From Paraspadella gotoi (Eukaryota; Animalia; Chaetognatha), in NCBI GenBank assembly GCA_051294375.1, contig CM119269.1, positions 15,759,918-15,823,917 of the forward strand: a stretch of 64,000 nt of DNA, read 5' to 3'. The position numbers were made by a program, and so were the translations under genes. Below, piece by piece: positions 40,385 through 50,765 of this stretch (positions within the stretch are counted from its first letter, which is position 1; each line of letters opens with the position of its first letter). The notes under the pieces are model-generated. The model was not told the DNA's origin and searched no databases. It worked only from the letters and a program-made list of their open reading frames with translations.

Positions 40385-41160
40385 CACCATATTTAACCCA
40401 CGCCACTTAAACATGCCAGCCTTCCCGATATTTATTTCTCATAATTTTTTTAATATAAAAAAAACACTTCCCCTAATGGATTCGAACCCTGGACTACTAG
40501 AATCTTATTTCAACATGTAACGGCCATCTTGCGGGAAAATTAGAAACCCAAAAATAAGAATTTTTTTTTTTTCTTTTACGATGTGACACGAGGTGACATG
40601 ATGTGACAAGATGTTACATGATGTTGACGATATGTTTTCATGGGGCATATGATTTTTAGTTAGTTAATCCCATATTGAACACCCGCATTAAACGTCCAGC
40701 CTTCCGATTATTGTATTTCTCAATAATTTTTTAATATAAAAAAACCTTCCCTAATGGAATCGAACCCTGGACTACGTAAATCTTTTTATTTTCAACATGT
40801 AACTGGCCATCCTTTCGGGAGAAATTAGAAACCCAAATATAAGAAAAAAATTTTCCCTTTTTGGATGTGAGCACGAATGTGACACTGCTGAAGTGACACG
40901 ATGTGACACGGGGGTGACACGATGTGGCTAATGTGACTATATGTGTCACTGGGCACTGGGAATTTTTGAATTTGCTCATCCCATATTTAACCCCCGCACT
41001 TAAAAAGGCCTCCAGCCTTCCCTCATTATTTAAATGTTTTGTTTTATGAAAAATACTTTTTCCTAACGGAATCGAAACTCGGACTAGTAGAATCTTTTAT
41101 TTTGACATGTCATGGAATACCTTGTGGGAGAATTAGAAATGCAAAAATAAGGAGAAATTT
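40385..41160 (+). repeat. Three copies of a ~280-310-bp repeat containing the satellite core motif and a minus-strand tRNA-like/B-box module
   Basis: ccatatt.aac.ccgca.ttaaa...ccagccttcc at ~40387, ~40669 and ~40980. gga(t/a)tcgaa.c at 40478, 40756 and 41068. (atgtgacacg)n spacers lie between units. Confidence 0.8.
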
Positions 41161-41196
41161 TTCTGCCTTTTGACAGTGGAAAAAATACTGGTCTGG

Positions 41197-42092
41197 AAGA
41201 AGAAGAGAAGAAGAAGAAGAGAAGACAGAAAAGATATGGTGTCAGGTTTTAAAAGGGGGGGCTTTTTTGGGGGAGGAAGGTCACCGCAACTGCGCGTGAA
41301 GAGAAGGAGGAAGAGGAAGGAGTGAAGGAGAATCGCGAAAGGTAGAGCATTGAGGAATTGAAGGAAAGGGAAGGGAAGTGGGGGAGGAGAAGAATGGGGA
41401 GGAAGGGGAGGAGGAGAAGAAGGGAGAGAATGGGGGAGGAGACGGTTGAGAAGTGTTTGGGAGAATTGAAGGAAAGGGGAAGGGAAAGGGGGAGGAGAAG
41501 AAGGAGGAGGGGGAGGAGATGAAGGGGAGAGAATGGGGGAGGAGACAGTTGAGAAGTGTTTGGGAGACGTGGCTAAGAAGCTTTAGAATTAAAGCGATGT
41601 GGTTTAGAGTCGGGACGAGCTAATTAGTTTGACATAAGGGAATGAATCTTGGCTGTAATAGTCTTTAGTATATATGTATGATGAAAGAATTAACGAAAGC
41701 AAGCTTGTCTTTTAATTAAGAATTTATTAATTAGAATGATTATTAGGATAAAAAGCTATGAGTCTATAGTTTAAACAGTAGTCTCGCAAATGTACCCGAT
41801 TGTCACGTGAAATAAAATAAGTTAAGTTGACATTAGACATCTGATGAGATTAAATCATGTGAAGTTAGAAGCAGTGTTGGAGGACTCGAGAGTCTGCTAA
41901 GCAAACGGAAACGCCGGTCGCTTAAGGCGCTCCACGGTCGCCCCCGTCCAACTGCATGAAAGGATCGACTACAAAAGACCCCATTTTAGAAATATAAAAG
42001 GGAAAAAGAAAAGGACAAAAAGAAATTTCTTTTCCCCTTTCTCTCCTATTCTCTCCTCTCTCTCTCTCTCTTCTGCTCTCCTCTTCTCTCTC

Positions 42093-42126
<34 letters not shown>

Positions 42127-43300
42127 GGGCTGTTTTATTCGCGCGTGAGTTTGTTTAAACTCATTTCTTTCTTTTCTTTTCGCCCCTCTGGCGACCGAAG
42201 GGCGAATTCAAATAAAGTTTGTTCGAATATATAAGTTAATTTGAACAAACGCCTTCTTTCCGGTTTATGCTTCCTCTCAAATAAACTAAAAATATAATTA
42301 TTGTTATTCTAATTATTAATATAATATGTTTGATATGGGAATAAAAAAATAATAATTAATTCAATACGTTTTCGAAAATACATATTTTCCTCCGGTGAAA
42401 GTAATTTTAATTATATAAACGTGGAGTTAATTTGGTTATGAAAAGCTCCGAAGAGAATTTTCAATAACTTTTTTTTTACTCCGCTAAAACAAAAGAGCCA
42501 GAATTGTATTTAAAAAATTCAATTATTTCTAGAATGTAAACAAATGTATGAATCAATTCATTTACGAACGCTCAGCTCTCAGCGATGCAAGCGTCAAGCC
42601 TCAGGCGGCGGATTGTCAGAGTTACTAGAATAACGAAATCGAATTTGGTAACTGTCTTTTTTTTTTAAGTATCGCCGTTTATGGAGAGTTATTTCTCTGC
42701 AGGAAAGATCAACAGATTCGACTGATCCGACAAACGTACTAGCAGACGTAATCAGTGAAAGGACCAGCGGCAAACGGCCGAAAATCGTTGGCCTCTGTCC
42801 CGAAGTGCGAGAGACAAAGCGGCGAATCGAAACGAGGGTCTGACGTTGGCTTGAGTCACTCGCGAATATTTGAGGCGAAAACCGGCCAGGGCTAGGGTTG
42901 GTCCTTACGCACGAAGAACACGCCCGACGCGACGAGGCCGGACGCACGAACACGCCGACGAGGTGGGAGCCAAGAACCAATGATCAAAGTGAACCCATGA
43001 GGGATGATAACTGCAATACTGACTCTCACGATGCTAACACGATGCTCAAGCTACACAACAATGCATGAATTCCACGCCGACGTGTGAGGGTCGACAAAGA
43101 GGCCGGACGCACGACGCCACGCACGACACCGACGCCGTGGAACGCGAAGGCGAAAACCAGCAAGGACCGCGAGGAAATGCGCGGGGTCGCGGAAGATTGT
43201 TCGCGGCCTGGAGAGAAATGGAGGGAGAAGGAAATGAAAAGAGAAAACGAAAGGAAGAAAGAAAGAAAGAAAAGAAAAGAAAGAAAGAAAAGAAAAGAAA
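41197..43300 (+). repeat. Second, indel-rich copy of 32280-34328
   Basis: Same collinear landmarks as the first copy, with many 1-bp insertions typical of raw long-read sequence. Confidence 0.9.
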
Positions 43301-43443
43301 AGAAAGAAAAGAAAAGAAAGAAAAGAAAGAAAAGAAAAGAAAAGAAAAAGAAAGCAAAGAAAGAAAAGAAAAGAAAAGAGAAAAGAAAAGAAAAGAAAAA
43401 GACAAGAAAAAGAAAAGAAAAGAAAAGAAAAGAAAAGAAAAGA
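43255..43443 (+). repeat. (AAAAG/AAAG)n tract
   Basis: Direct reading. Complementary (TTTC)n tracts at ~17273-17425 and ~47270-47480. Confidence 0.95.
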
Positions 43444-44263
43444 AATCTCCCACTCCTCGAAAAGGTTTTTGGGCGAAAAAAAATAAAGGGAAAAAAAAAG
43501 ATTAAGGAAAAAGAACATTTTCTGAAAAAAAAAGCGGCTATAAAACAAAATGCGGAAAAGGATAACAATTTCGAGCCGGAGAAGAAACCAACGTTTGACA
43601 TTTTGCAATAAAAAAAAAAAGAAGAAAAAGAGAGAAGAGTCGCTCAGAAAAAAAAAAAGCTTTTCTTTTTTTTTTATTTTACGTCGAGAAGATTGCGGAT
43701 GTTGTCGGCTGTGGTCGGCATTGATGTCGTCATAAACGTCGGTGCTGTTGTCGTTGAAGGAACGCCGCTCGCAAAATATCGGCAAGAAGATTCGATCGAA
43801 AGAAGGAAAAGAAAAAACTGGCGCGCCGGGGCGTTGGGCGGAGAGGGGGAGAGGGGGCGAAGGGGGGGGGGTGAGCTCTAGATCCGCCAACGCGGGGGTT
43901 TGATGTCGTTGTTTATTGTTTGTTGTTTGTTGTTTGTTGTTTTAACCAACTGGGAATCAAAGGTACCTTGGGCAACTTATCTTCCGACTCCCGACGCCGC
44001 CGCTCGAGGGCGCGCATGAAGCAATCGACGGCTGATGATGACGGGGATGAAATTAACCGGAAATCGGGAAACAAAAAAAACAAAAAAAAAAAACCAAAAA
44101 AAAATATAGGGGGAGACGCAAAATGGTTGGGATTGTTTTAAATGTCGCCGAACATAGCGCTTTTTTTTTTCTTATTTAAATCGCGAGTGTTTGCTTAGTC
44201 TGGATATTTATAAATTTTGGACTTTTTCCTACCGATTGTTGTAATTGTTGTAAAAAAAATTGA

Positions 44264-44455
44264 CAAGTTTGTGTCTATGACTTAAAAAAAAAAAAGGCAA
44301 TGGCCTAGTATAAATGTTAGGTACCATAATGATAGTATTTACTCGTGTTTTTCATTTGCCAAGTTTCTGTCTATGACTAAAAAAAAAAAAAATGGCAAAT
44401 GGCCTAGTGTAAAGGTTAGGAACCATAATGATAATATTCACTCATGATTTTCATT
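44264..44455 (+). repeat. Tandem duplication, ~96-bp unit x2
   Basis: caagttt.tgtctatgact...ggca.atggcctagt.taaa.gttagg.accataatgata.tatt.actc at 44264 and 44360, with scattered substitutions. Confidence 0.85.
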
Positions 44456-45391
44456 GATATACTTAATACTTTTCCAATTTGCAATGTCCGCAATGATCCT
44501 TAATTGTTTGAATTTTATTTTTAGTGCCATTAGTGCAATTAGTCTTGCTCAATACTCATTTATTGTTTAAATGTCATATTGTTTCAAATCGTTTAATCTT
44601 CTTATTGTCTTAATTGTCAAATTGTCTCTTTTATTTCAGAAAAAAAAAAATTGTTGTAAATGTATGTATACTTAATTTAAAAAAAATATGCCCTTGAGTT
44701 TTATTCAAAGAATTTCAATGTGAATTGTAATACGCTTATTTATCCTTTGACTGACCCATGGACCCAGGCAATCCAATCTGATGTGACACCATAATAAAAA
44801 TGCATTCTCGTTTGATCAAATCAATTGACCGTTTCTACTCAGAAGGTTGATGTCACGTGACCGTCTCAAAATGTTCATTCGGTTTGACTGGTAACCTTGA
44901 CAATCTTGAAAGCCTTTCTTTCAATCCTTCAATTTAAAGTCAAAATAAAAATCTGAACATTTTCATAAATAAAGAATCACAGGGCCTCGAAAAATAATGG
45001 ATATGAAAGGGAATCGCGCGAGAAGAAGGAAAAAGAAAATGATCACGAGTCGAAAATAAAAAAAGAAAGAAAAAAAAACCACGAAAGCATAAATAAGAAT
45101 AGAGAGAAGGTAATAAAAATAAAAAAATAAGAAAAAAAAAGGAAAGGAAAAGAAAAAAAAAATACCGCGCGGGGATATATCTGAAAAGGGATGAGAAATG
45201 TGAAGGAGCAGAATAAATAAAAAAGAAAAAAATATCATAAAATATAAGGCGCAGGAAGAGAGAAAGAAAAAAAAATATGAAAACCGTTGCATAGATCCTT
45301 TCCCCTCCCCTTACCGTGTAGCAACGTCGGCAGGAAATAATAGAGAAAAAGAGGAAGAAGAGAGAGAGAGAAGAGAGAGAGGAGGAGAGAG

Positions 45392-45461
<70 letters not shown>

Positions 45462-46013
45462 GAAAAATATGAAAGAAAGAGAGAGAGTGGCGAGTTCCAA
45501 AAATAAAAGAATGGGGAAACTCAATGTTGTGGAAGGAGAAAGGAAAGAAAGGAGGGGAAGATGAGGAGTTGGAGGAGGAGGAGGAGGAATGAGGATTGAA
45601 GAAGAAACGCATTTTGCGGAAATAAAAAAAGCACGTAATGCGGCATAAAGCAGTTCCGCTTGAAGGTTGGTTCCGCTGCTGAAGATGGCGTTGGAGGGTG
45701 GCGAAGGTTGCGGCGGTGGCGGGGTTGTTTGGTAAGTTACCATTGGAAACGCTAGAATATGATGATATGGAAAAAAAAACAAAAAAAGAAACAAAAAAAA
45801 AACCAAAAAAAAACCCAGTTTTTCGTCAAAATGTGTTGGTCCATGTTTTACGTTACATGTTACATTTAGCGTTTTCTGTTTTAAATTGTAGAATACCGAA
45901 CTCAGTAACTCAATGATCTATCAATTCTTAAAATTTTCCGAAAAGATAAACATATTGACAAAAAAAGCAACCTCATATGATAAGATTTAAACACAATTCA
46001 AGGGAGGGAGGGA

Positions 46014-46064
<51 letters not shown>

Positions 46065-47311
46065 CCAAATTATCTCTTCTTAGTTTTTACAACTTTCTTT
46101 ATCCGACGATTCCATTCCGCCTCCGTTAGCGAGGATGTAGAGTTGTAGACTCGTTCAATTACATACGGAAAGCAAAACGGGATGGAATAAAAATTAATTA
46201 TGGGGACCGTAAGGAAAATCTCAACGGCAGCGGAGAAAAAAAAATGACAGCGGACGTGTGACGTTGTGAGAGGAAAAGATGTCTTGTGAGCGGAATCTTG
46301 GCATGGCCCAGTCGTTGTTGTTGTCATTTGAGCGACTGTCGCATTCGTTGAACAGAGAATCGAACTTTTATCGCTTTACATTTTATTATATTAAATGAAC
46401 TTACAATTGTCACGTTTCGGACTTTTTTTTAGCGACTTGTCAGTTTTAGGTCAGATATTCTTCCGTCGCTTTATCGAATTGGTTTTTTCTTTAGTTTATA
46501 ATTTCATATTTATTTTCGTCAAATGCCGATACTTCTCGTCCGGTCTGCATTCAGTCTGTCTGTCTCACTGTCTTTCCATGTGTCCGCGAGTGCTTTTGTG
46601 TCTATTTTTGACTATTTTATAAATTACTGAGTTTTATTATTGTACTTTGTAAAACAAATCCTAAAACGAAACAAAATAAAAATCATTGGCCAAACCGTTT
46701 TGCATACTAACAAAAACGGGTTTTTCTCGCCACAAAATCGTTTTATTTGCATAAAGTTTTTCGAGTTTAAACAACGATTGATGTTCAATCTGGAAAAAAG
46801 TTTCGTGACGTAAACTCGATCAGATGTATTTATGTCTTTTTGCGACTCTAACCTTTCCGGTTTGGGATTGGGGCCAGCCTTCTCCAATCTCCAGGCCTTG
46901 CTCCTCTTGACCGGAAACTTCGAGGTCCTGCTACTTATGTTCATGTTTGTCAATATTTACTATTTTTTTACGATGAATCACGTGTTATGTGCGTAGTGTT
47001 ATGTTAACACAAGAGCCTAAAATTAAAAAGTTTAAATTTTTACAAAAATAAATAATAAATTTATTAAATTTATAAATTTAATTTAATAATAAATTAAATG
47101 TTCGCCCTTTTTCTTCCTTACCTTTTTTTTCCTTTTTATCTTTCCTCCTTTCTTTTTCTCTTTCTTTTCATTATAGTTCATTATAATTTATACGTACGTG
47201 GTAGTTCCTTTTTTCTTTCTTTAATTATTCCGGTTTCTTCGCGGACATAAAGGGAGGCAATTGTACTTACTTCCTTTCTTTCTTTCTTTCTTTCTTTCTT
47301 TTTTCTTTCAT

Positions 47312-47379
<68 letters not shown>

Positions 47380-47419
47380 TCATTCTTTTTTTCTTTCATT
47401 CTTTTTTTCTTTCATTCGT

Positions 47420-47451
<32 letters not shown>

Positions 47452-47674
47452 TTCTTTCTTTCTTTCTTTCTTTTCTTTCTTCTCTTTTTTTTCATTCTTT
47501 TTTCTTTTTTTTCCCATTCCATTTTCTTCAATTGTCTTTCTCTTTTTTTCTTTCTCCTTTTTTTCTCCTTTCTTCTTCACATCGATTCCTCGTCTTTTTC
47601 TACAGCCAATTTCTTTTCATTCTTCTTTCTTCGGTTTCTTTCGCGGATATAAAGGGAGCCCTTGTACTTTTTTT

Positions 47675-47758
<84 letters not shown>

Positions 47759-47848
47759 TCTCTGTCTCTTTCTTTTTCTCATCGGTTCTATTTTAGATTG
47801 AAAAAAAAGCTTTTTGCTTCCTAATTTATTTTCACTTTTTTCGCGCGC

Positions 47849-47881
<33 letters not shown>

Positions 47882-49813
47882 TCTCTACTTCTCCCCTCTC
47901 TCTCTCTCTCTCTCTTTCTCTCGGCGTACGTTGGCACGAGAGGACCCGCGCATAAAATTATTATTTCTGCGTGTTGAAGTGAAAAACGAAGTCGGAAGAA
48001 ATCATACATAAAACGCAATGAGGTATTAAATGTAGTATTTATATATTAGTATATTATATTTAATAAATTATTATTTAAATGTAGTATTATACTCTGTTAA
48101 TTGATTTTGAAACTAAGCGAAATGAAGATGAACGATTTAAATGAGCGGTATTTAAATGTAGTATTATACTCTGTTAATGAAACTAGAGGCGAAAATTTAT
48201 TGGTTTTTTTTTTTTAAACTGAAGACTAAGTGGGTTATATTTCTAATTGAGTTTCGTGACATTATTTTTTTTTTCTTCCTTGTGTAACTTTTTAAATCCA
48301 CTCGGAATGCATTTGAAATATTTATAATCTTTATATTCGACTCAAGACTCTACAGTCAAATAAGGATGCGTGGACTGTTTTATGCGAACTGGGATTTTCC
48401 CGCCACGAATTTCCGCCCGCGCAAATTCAAATCCGGAGAATCGAGTCGAAAAATTGCAGTCGGCAATGGAAGGTCTTTGCACTCGATGCAACGCAATGCA
48501 ATGAAAGGAAGAGGCGTGGAGAAAAAGGGAAATTTAAAAGAATGTGATCTATTGATAAATTGAAAGCAAGACGAAATGCTTTCGTCGACAACTTTAAGAT
48601 GATTTATACTATTATATTTATAATTTTAATGTACAAATGTTAGACAAATAATTCGAAAAAAAATATTAATGATTTTCCAACAGAAATGATGTATGATATC
48701 TATGTATGAAAACTAGAGCAGAAAGTAATTTAACTTTGTGTTGTGTAGATGCACCCTCTATTTCCAGAAGATAACACTTACGTCACCATCCCAAATATAG
48801 ATAAATAATATAAAAAAATATCATAACAAATAAATACAACTATAAATATTATTATTAAAATTATTTTGAAATCTAAAAAAAAAAAAGATTGTGAAACAAG
48901 TAATTTTGTCATTTTCATATATGGATTACAATATTACAATATTACAATATTACTACAATTTCTATATCCAGTCGCTCATCTATTCAAACCCAACTCTCTA
49001 TCATCAATGAACTTCGTTTACCGATGCCATCTTCTTGTTGTGATAAAAGAAAAAGTCATCTCTTCGTCGACGGGCGATAAAATACGCCACGAGGGGGGCG
49101 TAAGGGGGGGAGAGAGAGAATCACGTAATCTCCTCACACGTTTCATTTCATCTTCGCTTTCACGTCGTCGTTTCTCACATTTTTTTATTTCTCACTCTTC
49201 ACGTCTTCGCCTTTTTTTCTTTCATAACTCTTCGTCTTCTAACGATCACCTCATAACAATCGCTTCTTGAATATTTTTTTTTTAAATTATCTTATTTCGC
49301 TTTCAAACGTTGAAGAATGATTGAAGTTTAATCTTATTGATTTTTATTACAATCTAGAAAATAAGATAGAAAATTTAAAAAAAAAGAGACACATTTTCCA
49401 ACTGCAGACTCAATCAAGAGCCTCGGAGTTAGTGACGCGTACGAAATCCTACGTCTGCCGAATCACATCTGATTTCTACTGCAGTTAATCTCTTTCGCCC
49501 GATTAACCAAGTCATTCCTAATTCAGTTTCTTGGCCTCCGCTTCGTTGCATTCCTTGGCTTCTTCTTCATTTCAACTTCTTTTCGTTCTAAACTTTCGTA
49601 TATTAATATTCAATTCATCGTCCAATAAATATCGTTGAGTCGAGATATTCCTTTTCTGTTATTTCCTTTCCTCCCTGACCTCTCGACTCTTCCATTCAGT
49701 CCATTCTCCTCCAATGCATCTCTCTTCCTCGATGCCAAGCTCTTCGTCTCCTCTCCTCCTTTTTCCTCTCTTATCTCTTTCCTTTCTTATCTCGGTCTTC
49801 TCTCCAATTCGCC

Positions 49814-49844
<31 letters not shown>

Positions 49845-50454
49845 TCCTACCTCAGCCCCCATTTCGCATTTGTTTCAATTTCAAAACCTTTTTCATTTCC
49901 CTTCCATTGTTGTCGTCTTGTCTTTTCATTTACTCTCGTCTCTTTTTCCATTATTTCATTTTTCGTGACTTCAAATTTTCCCGCTTGATCATCATCAAAA
50001 GCAGACGCTTTGGGTTTTCCCCGCGATTTTGTCTCGCGTTCATTTTCCTTCGATGTTTCTCTTCACGTTTCCCCAGCGATCGATTTTTCACTTTTCTTTC
50101 GATTCACTTTCCTCATTTTTTTTCACCCTAAATTCTCTAATGCCTCGTCTGGTTTCTTCAGCTTACGCTGTTCTCGCAATAAGTTGCCATTTGCCGTTAT
50201 CCTTTTGGCCCATTGCCCTTTGTCAATAGTCCTAAGCAAGAAACCGAGAAACTAACAATAATCTTAAATCCTTACTGTCCAATGCCAATAAAAAGTTTTA
50301 AAAACTTTACATGGCTATCACTATCACTATCAATATCACTATCACTATCACTACTCCATCTTCGCTATGGCCTTTCGCCATTTAACGTACAACAATAAAC
50401 TGCAGATGGCCATCGCTGGCCATCACTCCGCTTCACTTGCTTTCATCAACGTAT

Positions 50455-50765
50455 TTTTCATCTGCTTCCTGGCACTTTGCCACTTCACTCTCCGCCATCT
50501 ATTTTCATCTGAGACCTAGCATCTTACAGTTTTACTTTCTATTTTCTCTCATCTGCGACCAGGCATCTTGCCGAGTCACTTGTAACAATCTTTTCCCATT
50601 GGCAGCCTGGAATCTCACAGTTCTAATTGAAGAAATTTTCTCTCATCCGCGACCAGCCATCTTGCCCTTTCATTTGCTGCCATCTGCTCTCAGCGGTGAC
50701 CTGGCATCTTGCCGTTTTACTCGCAGCCATCTAATTCCATCTGCAACCTGGCGTTTTGCCATTTT
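50455..50765 (+). repeat. Degenerate ~46-bp minisatellite (tcatctgcgacc.ggcatcttgcc core), ~7 units
   Basis: Core recurs at about 50458, 50505, 50549, 50596, 50642, 50690 and 50737. Confidence 0.7.

Noticed and set aside
40468-40537. Functional tRNA gene
   Set aside because: The B-box is present, but the T-stem, D-arm and anticodon arm do not pair convincingly. Kept only as a tRNA-like module.
32280-43300. The 2-kb direct repeats as LTRs of an LTR retrotransposon
   Set aside because: No TG...CA ends, PBS, PPT, TSD or gag/pol in the interval. The repeat boundaries are microsatellites and an assembly gap.
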